From positions 192,001-256,000 of the forward strand of contig CAVUPH010000013.1 of assembly GCA_963743305.1 (NCBI GenBank): a stretch of DNA of 64,000 nucleotides. The letters run 5' to 3'. The translations under genes were made by a program, and so were the position numbers. How positions within the stretch are numbered: the stretch's first letter is position 1; each line of letters starts with the position of its first letter. The stretch is from an uncultured delta proteobacterium. GTDB taxonomy: Bacteria; Desulfobacterota; RBG-13-43-22. Below, piece by piece: positions 49,841 to 58,979 of this stretch. Below the pieces are notes generated by a model. The model was not told the DNA's origin. It worked only from the letters and a program-made list of their open reading frames with translations, and did no database searches.

Positions 49841-50086
49841 ATGAAACGCTTGATGATTGTCTTAGCAATTCTCGTTTTTATGTTTGCTTTAACCGGATGC
49901 GTAGGAATGTCCAGAACGCAACAGAGCACTTTGAGCGGAGCGGCCATTGGAGCCGGCGGAGGTGCTTTGTTCAGTACTGTTGTCGGTGGAAGTACTCTCG
50001 GAGGTGCCGCTCTTGGCGCCGGGGTAGGGGCCCTGGGCGGATATTTAGTCGGAGAGTCTGGTGGAGGGTACAGGCATAGAAGATAG
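49841..50086 (+). CDS. Glycine-zipper lipoprotein (OsmB-like)
   Basis: Lipobox LTGC; GAAIGAGGGA...GAALGAGVGALGG. Confidence 0.85.
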   Translation: MKRLMIVLAILVFMFALTGCVGMSRTQQSTLSGAAIGAGGGALFSTVVGGSTLGGAALGAGVGALGGYLVGESGGGYRHRR

Positions 50087-50155
50087 GAAATGACTTCGGC
50101 GCTTATTTAGGGGGCGGGTTGGATATCCTGTTGTCAGCCAAGGGAAATCCCTCTC

Positions 50156-50183
50156 GTCATTTCAGGCTTGACCCGGAATCCAG
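50156..50183. repeat. Palindromic repeat GTCATTTCAGGCTTGACCCGGAATCCAG
   Basis: Hairpin; same family as 39901-39950. Confidence 0.55.
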
Positions 50184-50240
50184 GGTTTTTATGTTCGTTC
50201 TATAGTAAGACTGTTAATAGGTGATGGAAAGGAGTTGACA

Positions 50241-50390
50241 ATGCTGTGGACCATATTTGTGATTCTCCTGATTCTATGGCTTTTGGGATTGATCAGCGGT
50301 TACACGATTGGTGGGTTCGTTCATGTCCTTCTAGTCATCGCCATCGTTGTAGTACTGATCCGAGTCATTCAGGGACGAAGACCATTTTAA
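50241..50390 (+). CDS. lmo0937/DUF5670 family small membrane protein (49 aa; missed by the ORF track)
   Basis: MLWTIFVILLILWLLGLISGYTIGGFVHVLLVIAIVVVLIRVIQGRRPF; AGGAG RBS. Confidence 0.9.
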   Translation: MLWTIFVILLILWLLGLISGYTIGGFVHVLLVIAIVVVLIRVIQGRRPF

Positions 50391-50479
50391 GGCTTTGGAA
50401 TCTTCATAAGGACGTCGTTCAACTTAATCTATGGAAAACCGACAACCCCCGGCCAAGGACCTGAAAAAAGGAGGAGATC

Positions 50480-51202
50480 ATGAAGGGGAATTATCTGTGT
50501 AAGAGAATGCGGAAGGCCTTATATACAGCCCTAATCCTTTTAACCTTGGTAAGTCTAACCTTCCCGACGTCCTCGGCCCTGGCCGACGACAAGCAGGAAG
50601 CCTCCGAACTGGTGGTCAAGGCCAAGTTTATGATGGAAAGTTTCATGGCCGACAAAAACCTGGAAGCCTTTGGTGACCTCATCAAACGGGCCAAGGGGGT
50701 CTTTCTTATCCCGGATTTGCTCAAAGGGGCCTTTGTCGTCGGGGCTTCGGGGGGCAATGGCCTGCTTTTGGTGGCCGATCCGAAGACCGGGACCTGGAGC
50801 GGTCCGGCCTTTTTTACGGTCGGCGGGGCTAGCATCGGGCTCCAGATCGGCGGTTCGGCTTCCGAGACGGCCATTCTGGTCATGACCGAAAGGGGGATAT
50901 CATCCTTTTTAGCCAACAGCCTTAAGCTGGGGGCGGATGTGGGCGTGGCCGTCGGACCGATCGGTTTAGGGGCGGCGGTGGCCACCGCCAATCTCAGCGC
51001 CGATCTTATCAGCTTTTCGCGCTCCAAAGGCCTTTACGGCGGCGTTTCTCTGGACGGCTCCGTTGTGGCCGTTCGCGAGGGCTTGAACACCGCCTTTTAC
51101 AACAGTAGAGTCACCCCGACCGATATTATCGTTCGTCGAGGGGTGAAAAACCCGGAGGCCAAGGTTCTGATCGAAGAGGTGGCCAAAGCGGCAAAAAAAT
51201 AA
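50480..51202 (+). CDS. Ysc84/SYLF lipid-binding domain protein
   Basis: AKGVFLIP, KGAFVVG, WSGPAF, GASIGLQIG, SRSKGLYGGVSLDG. Confidence 0.9.
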   Translation: MKGNYLCKRMRKALYTALILLTLVSLTFPTSSALADDKQEASELVVKAKFMMESFMADKNLEAFGDLIKRAKGVFLIPDLLKGAFVVGASGGNGLLLVADPKTGTWSGPAFFTVGGASIGLQIGGSASETAILVMTERGISSFLANSLKLGADVGVAVGPIGLGAAVATANLSADLISFSRSKGLYGGVSLDGSVVAVREGLNTAFYNSRVTPTDIIVRRGVKNPEAKVLIEEVAKAAKK

Positions 51203-51204
51203 AA

Positions 51205-53082
51205 ATGGAGGCTATTCAGGAATTTTGGGCCTTGGAACTGGGGGCCTGGCCCTTAAAGGAAGGGGTTCGATTCAAAGTCTGGGCCCCCAAAGCCTCCCGT
51301 CTCTCTTTGAAAGTCCCTGGAGAATACGAAGAAATCCCCATGACTCCAGAGGAAAGAGGATATTTTACCGCCTGGGTAGACGGCCTGGGGCCGGGAGCAA
51401 GGTATTTTTATCTTCTTCCTGGAAACCAGCCCAGACCCGATCCCGTTTCCCGGTTTCAACCCGAAGGGGTGCACGGACCTTCGGAGGTAATCGATCCGGG
51501 CGCATTTCAGTGGGAAGATCATTTTTGGAAAGGAACTCCTCTGGAGAAAATGATCCTCTACGAGATCCATACCGGGACCTTTACGGCTGAAGGGACTTTT
51601 GAGGCCGTCATCCCTTTTTTAGACTATCTCCAGCACGAGCTGGGAGTGACCACTATCGAGTTGATGCCGGTAGCCCAATTTCCGGGGGAAAGGAACTGGG
51701 GCTATGATGGAACGTTTCTCTATGCCCCGCAAAAAAGCTATGGAGGACCCTCCGGACTGAAAAACCTGATCAATGCCTGTCACCGGAAAGGTCTGGCGGT
51801 GGTCCTGGACGTGGTTTACAACCACTTAGGCCCGGAGGGCAACTACCTTAACGAATTTGGCCCATATTTCACCGATCGTTACCAAAACCCCTGGGGTGCG
51901 GCTATTAACCTGGATGGCCCGGAGAGTGATGAGGTTCGCAAGTTTATCATCGATAATGCCCTCTACTGGGTCACGGAATATCATCTGGACGGGCTTCGGA
52001 TCGACGCCGTCCATGGGATCTTTGACTTCAGCGCGCGACATCTTTTGGGTGAACTCAAAGAGGCCGTTAATCGGCAGGCCCGGAAATTGGGGCGCCGAGT
52101 GGCCGTGATAGCCGAAAGCGACTTAAATGACGTCAGGATTATCAACCCCTCCTCAAAGGGAGGATATGCCCTCGACGCCCAATGGAATGATGATTTTCAT
52201 CATGCCTTACATGCCCTCCTGACCGGAGAACGAGGGAGATACTATCAAGACTTCGGCGACCTAAACCAGTTGGCCAAAGCCCTGAGCGACGGATTTGTTT
52301 ACAGCGGTCAGTATTCTTCTTTCCGCCGGAGGCCACATGGAAACCCGTCGGGTCATCTTCCTCCGGCTAAATTCATCATCTTTTCCCAGGACCATGATCA
52401 GGTGGGAAATCGCCTGCACGGGGAGCGGCTCAGCACCCTGATATCCTTTGAGGCCTTGAAACTGGCCGCCGCCATGGTACTGCTTTCTCCCCATATCCCC
52501 CTTTTGTTTATGGGGGAGGAATATGGCGAAGAAGTTCCCTTTCTCTATTTTGTCAGCTATTCCGACCCGGCCTTGATCAATGCCGTACGCCAAGGGAGAA
52601 GAAAAGAGCTTTCTGCTTTTCTGGCCGAGGGAGAACCGCCGGATCCTCAGGATGAAACAACCTTTTTGCGTTCCAAAATTCATCTCGATCTGCACCGGAG
52701 AGGACCCCATAAAATATTGTTTGAATATTATAAATCCCTGATCGTCCTTCGGAAAGAAGTCCCCGCCTTAGCGCATTTAAGTAAAAAAGGCCTGGAAATA
52801 AAGGCCGCGGCAGAAAAACTCCTATTATTCATGATCCGTCGCTATCAAGAGGTACAGGTAGCCTGCTTCTTCAATATTTCTGAAAAGCCTCAAGAAATTC
52901 AGGCCACCTTGGAACAGGGGGTTTGGCGGAAACAGCTGGATTCGTCATCGACGGAATGGAATGGTCCCGGCGGTTTAGCCCCGGCATCCATCCGATCCAG
53001 TAGCTCAGAGGTTTGTTTCGAAATGAGGCCGTCGAGCGTGGTCCTTTATCGGAATTCCAAATCCCGGCCTTCAGAAACGTAA
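51205..53082 (+). CDS. treZ: Malto-oligosyltrehalose trehalohydrolase
   Basis: PDPVSRFQPEGVHGPS, NWGYDG, DVVYNHLGP, LRIDAVH, QDHDQVGNR. Confidence 0.95.
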   Translation: MEAIQEFWALELGAWPLKEGVRFKVWAPKASRLSLKVPGEYEEIPMTPEERGYFTAWVDGLGPGARYFYLLPGNQPRPDPVSRFQPEGVHGPSEVIDPGAFQWEDHFWKGTPLEKMILYEIHTGTFTAEGTFEAVIPFLDYLQHELGVTTIELMPVAQFPGERNWGYDGTFLYAPQKSYGGPSGLKNLINACHRKGLAVVLDVVYNHLGPEGNYLNEFGPYFTDRYQNPWGAAINLDGPESDEVRKFIIDNALYWVTEYHLDGLRIDAVHGIFDFSARHLLGELKEAVNRQARKLGRRVAVIAESDLNDVRIINPSSKGGYALDAQWNDDFHHALHALLTGERGRYYQDFGDLNQLAKALSDGFVYSGQYSSFRRRPHGNPSGHLPPAKFIIFSQDHDQVGNRLHGERLSTLISFEALKLAAAMVLLSPHIPLLFMGEEYGEEVPFLYFVSYSDPALINAVRQGRRKELSAFLAEGEPPDPQDETTFLRSKIHLDLHRRGPHKILFEYYKSLIVLRKEVPALAHLSKKGLEIKAAAEKLLLFMIRRYQEVQVACFFNISEKPQEIQATLEQGVWRKQLDSSSTEWNGPGGLAPASIRSSSSEVCFEMRPSSVVLYRNSKSRPSET

Positions 53083-53092
53083 ATCCGGTCCC

Positions 53093-56000
53093 ATGGAAAA
53101 AGAGCTTCCCCAGTCCCCTGAAACGATGAAGGAGGTATTTCAATCCGTTGTTGATCATTTAAGCGATTTCAGACGATTACCCGTCTCAACGTATCGGCTT
53201 CAATTCAATCACCGGTTTACTTTTTCCCAGGCCAAAAGGGTCACTCCTTATCTCCACGAATTGGGGATTTCGGATGTCTACGCCTCGCCTTGTTTTTTGG
53301 CCAGGAAAGGAAGCCTTCACGGGTACGACATCCTGGACCATAATCGGCTCAATCCGGAAATCGGCACGGAGGTGGAATATCAGGAATGGGTGAAAGAATT
53401 AGAAAAATACGGGATGGGACAAATCCAGGATATCGTGCCCAATCACATGTGTATTACCGGAACTGAAAATAACTGGTGGCAGGATGTTCTGGAAAACGGA
53501 CCGGGTTCTTTGTATGCCGATTATTTCGATATCGATTGGAAGCCGATCAAGAACGAATTGGCCGACAGGGTGCTGCTACCGATCCTGGGAGACCAATACG
53601 GACGGGTCCTCGACAATCAGGCATTGGTCCTGACTTTTGAAGCCGGGGCCTTTTTTATCGCTTACGCGGACCAGAAATTACCTCTGAACCCGATTTCCTA
53701 TGCCCGTATATTGAAATTAGATCTTGAGGCCTTAACCCATAAAATGGGGGCCGAGCATCCCGATATCCAAGAATTGCTCAGCATTATCACCGCCCTCGAG
53801 CATTTGCCTCCTCAATCCGAAAAAAATCAGGAAAAGGTCCTGGAAAGACGGCGGGAAAAAGAAATCATCAAAAAACGGATTTCGGCGTTGTCTGAAGGGA
53901 ACAAGTCGTTCGGAAGTTTTATCGATCAAAACGTCAGGGCCTGTAACGGACAAATGGGGATTTCGACGAGCTTTGATTTTCTGGACGGACTGCTTAATGA
54001 CCAGGCCTATCGTCTCTCCCATTGGCGGGTGGCCACCGAAGAGATCAATTATCGCCGTTTTTTCGATATTAATGAGCTGTCCGGCCTGCGCGTGGAACGT
54101 CTCCCGGTTTTTCTGGAAACCCATAAGCTGATTTTCAAACTCATCCGGGAGGGGAAAGTCAGCGGTTTACGGGTGGACCATCCTGACGGGCTTTATAATC
54201 CGGCGGAATACTTTTACCGGTTACAAAGGGCCTGCTTTATTCAATCCGGCTTGCGGATGGCCGAACAGGTTATAACCAAGGCCGATCAGCCCTCCTGGAA
54301 CGATGAGGAACTCGGGAAAGAACTGGGACGATGGTATGATGAACAGATAAATAAAGATCCGGCCTTTTCCTTGCGATCCGCTTTTTATGTCATCGGAGAA
54401 AAGATATTGATTAAAAATGAACGGATGCCCGAGGATTGGCCGATCTTCGGCTCGGTCGGATATGATTTTTTAAACTCGGCCAACGGCATCTTTGTCGACA
54501 CGGAAAAGGCCAAGGTCTTCGAGGCCGTTTACGGCCGATTCGTCGGAAGTCCGATGAATTTTTCCGAATTGGTTTATGAAAAAAAGAAGTTGATCATGCA
54601 GGTCGCCATGTCGGCTGAAATCAACATGCTCGGTCACACCCTCGAACGACTGGCCGAAAAAAATCGCTATACCAGAGATTTTACCCTCAACAGTCTCAAG
54701 ACGGCCATCGTGGAGGTCATCGCCTGTTTTCCCGTCTATCGAACTTACGTCAATCATTGCCAGGTGCTGGAAAGAGATCGGCACTATATCGAACAGGCCG
54801 TGGCCAGGGCCCGACGAAGGAACCCGGCCTTGAGCGCCTTGATCTTCGACTTTTTGGAAAGAATCCTTTTATTCCGCTACCCGGATGAATTCGGCGAAGA
54901 GGGAAAAATGGAATGGCTGAATTTTGCCATGAGATTCCAGCAATTCACCGGTCCGATTATGGCCAAAGGCCTGGAGGATACAGTCTTTTATGTCTATAAC
55001 CGTTTGATATCCCTCAATGAAGTCGGCGGCCACCCGGAGAATTTCGGCACCTCCCTGGAGGCCTTTCATGGCCGGAATATCGAAAAAACCAAATCCTGGA
55101 CCTACAGCCTCAACGCTTCTTCCACCCATGATACCAAGCGCAGCGAGGACGTCCGGGCGCGAATCAACGTTCTCTCGGAAATGCCCAACGAATGGAAAAA
55201 TTGCCTGATTCGTTGGGGTCGCTTGAATAAGAAAAAGAAAATTCTAATCGACGGCCAATGGGCCCCTGATCCGAATGAAGAATATTTTCTCTATCAGACC
55301 CTTTTAGGGGCCTGGCCTTTACCCCCGGAGCATAAACCGGATCGTCCCTTCATCGAAAGAGTCGCCTCCTCCCTGCTGAAAACTTTACCCATCCATCCGG
55401 AGGATGAAACCGATCCGGCCATTTTTGTCCGAAGAATAAAAGAATATATGGTCAAAGCCATCCGGGAGGCCAAGATCCATAGCAGTTGGATCAGTCCCGA
55501 TTCGGCTTATGAAGAGGCCGTGCTGCACTTTATCGACGGCCTTTTGTCCTCTCCCCCGGACAATGCCTTCCTGAAGGATTTTGAGACCTTTCAGAAGGAC
55601 ATTGCCTATTGGGGGATGCTTAATTCCCTTTTCCAAACCCTACTGAAGATTGCCTCTCCGGGTATCCCGGATTTCTATCAGGGCACGGAATTATGGGATT
55701 TCAGCCTGGCTGATCCCGATAATCGCCGGCCCGTCGATTTCAAAACCCGTCAGGAGTTGTTGAAAAAACTGAAAAAACAAGTGGTGACCGGGCGGAAGGA
55801 CCTGACCGGACTGGTCGAAGAACTTCTCAGAAATTGGAAGGACGGCCGAATTAAACTTTTTGTCATCTTTCAAGCCCTGACTTATCGTCAGGAAAATCGT
55901 TTCCTCTTTGCCGAGGGTTTCTATCTGCCCTTGAAAGCAGAAGGGAAACTTAATAAAAACATTTGCGCCTTCGCCCGGCAGAAAGAGGGCAATACCGTTT

Positions 56001-56233
56001 TGGTCATCGTGCCCCGCTTATTGGCCGGACTGGGATTAAGCCCGGGCGCCCCGCCGCTGGGAAAAGTCTGGGAGGATTCCGGGCTGTTCATTCCCGAGGA
56101 AATAGCCGGGAATCATTTTCACAATATCTTTACCGGGGAAACCGCTCAGGTGGTGGAACGGGAAGGAAGAAGGACCCTGCCCCTCGAAAAGGTCTTCGCC
56201 GTTTTCCCCCTGGCCCTGCTGACCTCCTTCTGA
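53093..56233 (+). CDS. treY: Malto-oligosyltrehalose synthase
   Basis: STYRLQF, HGYD, DIVPNHM, INYRRFFDI, RVDHPDGL, STHDTKRSEDVRAR. Confidence 0.95.
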   Translation: MEKELPQSPETMKEVFQSVVDHLSDFRRLPVSTYRLQFNHRFTFSQAKRVTPYLHELGISDVYASPCFLARKGSLHGYDILDHNRLNPEIGTEVEYQEWVKELEKYGMGQIQDIVPNHMCITGTENNWWQDVLENGPGSLYADYFDIDWKPIKNELADRVLLPILGDQYGRVLDNQALVLTFEAGAFFIAYADQKLPLNPISYARILKLDLEALTHKMGAEHPDIQELLSIITALEHLPPQSEKNQEKVLERRREKEIIKKRISALSEGNKSFGSFIDQNVRACNGQMGISTSFDFLDGLLNDQAYRLSHWRVATEEINYRRFFDINELSGLRVERLPVFLETHKLIFKLIREGKVSGLRVDHPDGLYNPAEYFYRLQRACFIQSGLRMAEQVITKADQPSWNDEELGKELGRWYDEQINKDPAFSLRSAFYVIGEKILIKNERMPEDWPIFGSVGYDFLNSANGIFVDTEKAKVFEAVYGRFVGSPMNFSELVYEKKKLIMQVAMSAEINMLGHTLERLAEKNRYTRDFTLNSLKTAIVEVIACFPVYRTYVNHCQVLERDRHYIEQAVARARRRNPALSALIFDFLERILLFRYPDEFGEEGKMEWLNFAMRFQQFTGPIMAKGLEDTVFYVYNRLISLNEVGGHPENFGTSLEAFHGRNIEKTKSWTYSLNASSTHDTKRSEDVRARINVLSEMPNEWKNCLIRWGRLNKKKKILIDGQWAPDPNEEYFLYQTLLGAWPLPPEHKPDRPFIERVASSLLKTLPIHPEDETDPAIFVRRIKEYMVKAIREAKIHSSWISPDSAYEEAVLHFIDGLLSSPPDNAFLKDFETFQKDIAYWGMLNSLFQTLLKIASPGIPDFYQGTELWDFSLADPDNRRPVDFKTRQELLKKLKKQVVTGRKDLTGLVEELLRNWKDGRIKLFVIFQALTYRQENRFLFAEGFYLPLKAEGKLNKNICAFARQKEGNTVLVIVPRLLAGLGLSPGAPPLGKVWEDSGLFIPEEIAGNHFHNIFTGETAQVVEREGRRTLPLEKVFAVFPLALLTSF

Positions 56234-56267
56234 GGTTTCCATCGACTGGTCTGGAAAAAGGAGCGAA

Positions 56268-56957
56268 ATGAAAATGAATCCAAAAAGAGCCGAAAACCCC
56301 TTTGCTTTTACCGGCTGCTGGGAGCTGAAAGGCATGCTGGGCCGTACGGCCTGGGATGAACGACAGCTACTGGAAATCATCGAGGAGATCCCCCTCGACT
56401 CCGTCTATTATCACACCCACAGTTTTTTCCTCCGCCACCAATATATTGCCGGCCCCTATCCCAACGATTTTGCCACCTGGGCGGCGATTCAGCTCCGGGA
56501 CCACGCCCTGGGAGAAAAACTGGGAATTCTCGATCCTTTCGATTATGACAATCTGGAATCCCTGAGAGCCGAGATCGTCAATATTGTCGATAATCATTTG
56601 TCCCGGTTGCCGATTATCCCCCGAATCATTTACGGTGAACCTTTTTATTTCATGCAATCGCGGATCATTACCCTCCCCACGGGACTGGAAGCCCATGATC
56701 TGGCTGAATTCTGCAAAATCTTATCCTCGACCGATTCCAGTGTGGTCTACTTTCATACCTTCGAGGCTATGCTGCGTCTCGGACGCCGGGAAGGCGACTT
56801 CCCCCTTTGGATCAAAAGCCAATTAGGGGAGACCGAATTGGCCTCGGCCATTTCCCGGCTTGATTTGTATATGTCTAACCTCGAATTCATTCGAAAGCAG
56901 ATCATCACCCTGTGCGGTACCGTCCTGGAAAAGGAGGGAATGAATGAACCGTCTTGA
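56268..56957 (+). CDS. DUF5752 family protein
   Basis: Duplicated SVYYH / SVVYFH and NDFATW / GDFPLW motifs; adjacent to treT. Confidence 0.8.
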   Translation: MKMNPKRAENPFAFTGCWELKGMLGRTAWDERQLLEIIEEIPLDSVYYHTHSFFLRHQYIAGPYPNDFATWAAIQLRDHALGEKLGILDPFDYDNLESLRAEIVNIVDNHLSRLPIIPRIIYGEPFYFMQSRIITLPTGLEAHDLAEFCKILSSTDSSVVYFHTFEAMLRLGRREGDFPLWIKSQLGETELASAISRLDLYMSNLEFIRKQIITLCGTVLEKEGMNEPS

Positions 56958-58149
56958 GGACTATAAAGAAGTGGTCCCCAAAGGGACCGTGGAGTTCCTG
57001 ATGCTTCTGGCTGAAAAAGTCCAGGGGAAAAAAATTCTGGAAATCAATTCCACTCGGGTGGGCGGAGGGGTGGCCGAGATTCTCCGCAGCCTGGTGCCCC
57101 TGTTTCGAGAGATCGGCCTGGAGTGCCGCTGGGAGGTCATCTCCGGGACCGAGGAATTCTTCAATGTGACCAAATCGTTTCACAATGCCCTCCAGGGCTG
57201 GGAGCAAAACATCTCTCCCCAGATGCTCCAGACCTATCTGGAGATCAATCGGGAGAATGCCGTCCGTCTTTCCTGTGACGCGGATTATGTGGTCATCCAT
57301 GACCCCCAGCCTGCGGCCCTGATCGATAACCGGCCAGCGGCGGGCAAATGGATCTGGCGCTGCCATATCGATATTTCCCGCCCCCAGTCGAAGGTCTGGA
57401 ATTTTTTACGACAATTCGTCGTCAAATACGACACGGCCATTTTCTCTTTGCCCAGCTTTGCCCGCAAACTGCCTATCCCCCAGTTTCTCATTTATCCTTC
57501 CATTGATCCTTTGAGCGAAAAAAACCGGGAACTTGATCCTGAGGAACAGGCCCAACTCCTGCAAAAAATGGGCATCTTGCTGGATAAACCCATCCTGTTG
57601 CAGGTCTCCCGTTTTGACCGGTTCAAGGACCCCTTGGGGGTGATTCAGGCCTACCGGCTGGTGAAGAAACATCATGATGTGCGATTGATCCTGGCCGGGG
57701 GGAGCGCCACGGATGACCCCGAAGGAGAGATGGTTCTCTCGGAGGTTCGGGAAGCCGCCCGGAATGATCCGGATATTCTGATTCTTTTACTGCCTCCGGA
57801 TGCCCATCTGGAGATCAATGCCCTGCAGCGGGCGGCGACGATTGTCCTGCAGAAGTCATTGCGCGAAGGGTTTGGTCTGACGGTGACTGAGGCCATGTGG
57901 AAGGGCAAGCCGGTTATCGGCGGTTTTGCCGGCGGGATCACGGTCCAGCTCGTTTACGGCGTCACCGGATTCACGGTCTATTCCGTAGAGGGGGCCGCTC
58001 TTCGCATCCATTACCTATTGGACAATCCCGAATTAATGACCAGGATAGGCCAGGATGCCAGGGAATATGTGCGACGGAATTTTTTGATTACCCGCAATTT
58101 AGGTAATTATCTGGCCCTGATGGCTTATCTGGACCAGCAATCCATGTAA
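56944..58149 (+). CDS. treT: GT4 trehalose synthase (TreT-like)
   Basis: NSTRVGGGVAEIL, FHNALQG, IHDPQP, WRCHID, SRFDRFKD, EGFGLTVTEA. Confidence 0.88.
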   Translation: MNRLEDYKEVVPKGTVEFLMLLAEKVQGKKILEINSTRVGGGVAEILRSLVPLFREIGLECRWEVISGTEEFFNVTKSFHNALQGWEQNISPQMLQTYLEINRENAVRLSCDADYVVIHDPQPAALIDNRPAAGKWIWRCHIDISRPQSKVWNFLRQFVVKYDTAIFSLPSFARKLPIPQFLIYPSIDPLSEKNRELDPEEQAQLLQKMGILLDKPILLQVSRFDRFKDPLGVIQAYRLVKKHHDVRLILAGGSATDDPEGEMVLSEVREAARNDPDILILLLPPDAHLEINALQRAATIVLQKSLREGFGLTVTEAMWKGKPVIGGFAGGITVQLVYGVTGFTVYSVEGAALRIHYLLDNPELMTRIGQDAREYVRRNFLITRNLGNYLALMAYLDQQSM

Positions 58150-58334
58150 CCGGGATCCTTTTTCATCGGCGCCTGCGGGGACCGGTCTCGATGAGACCTC
58201 CAAGGGTCCGGGGGCACCTAAGCAACCACCCGACCAGGTCCCGGCCTGTGCGGAAAACACCTGAGGCTGGAAAACCGGTCCGGTCGGGCCGCGAGCCGGG
58301 ATGGCTTTCAAATGGGAAGATTGATTCTGACTGA

Positions 58335-58733
58335 TTATTCCAAATTATTTGTCTTAAAAGCTGTGGTATCAGAATAATAAAGTATGGTGCCGTTCCAGCC
58401 CACGGCGAAGACATCGTTTCCAGAACTCCCCCAGATGCCATAAAGGTTTTCAGTTGTTCCGCTGGTCATGGGGGACCAGGCGCTGCCGTTGTAATGGAGG
58501 ATGGTGCCGTACCCGCTCACAGCGAAGACATTTGTTCCTGAATTTCCCCAAATACCTCTCAAGGAATTCCCTTGGGGTAATGGATTTTGCCACTTCCATT
58601 CCCCGCCCGCTGGTGGAATAGTATGGCTATCTTTGAGGATCAACGGGAGGTACACCGGGGAGTCGCCTTGTACGATAGAATCAGAAAAAGGCGCCAGGAT
58701 TAAAAATAGGAGAAAGAAGACCTTCTTTTTCAT
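58335..58733 (-). CDS. Short secreted protein: N-terminal VYLPLILK motif plus WGSS.NDVFAVG repeats (probably truncated)
   Basis: Signal peptide, WKWQNPLPQGN, only 2 propeller blades. Confidence 0.7.
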   Translation of the reverse strand: MKKKVFFLLFLILAPFSDSIVQGDSPVYLPLILKDSHTIPPAGGEWKWQNPLPQGNSLRGIWGNSGTNVFAVSGYGTILHYNGSAWSPMTSGTTENLYGIWGSSGNDVFAVGWNGTILYYSDTTAFKTNNLE

Positions 58734-58979
58734 TATTCTCCCCCATGCAAAACCTAATCAATGGTTAGACAAGAATTTCTAATAATAAGATGAGGGGAAG
58801 TATAAAATAAGCCAAATGAAGGGGCAAGTAGAAAAAATAAGAGGAGGGGAAAACGGCTCTTAACAGCCAATGATCACGTCGCCCTGGCCTGCAGCACACG
58901 GTGCTGTGGCGGTGGAGCACGGCGACATCTTTTCTAGGGGGAAGGGAACGGAATGGTGGCCGTTCCCTTCCCTGTCATG

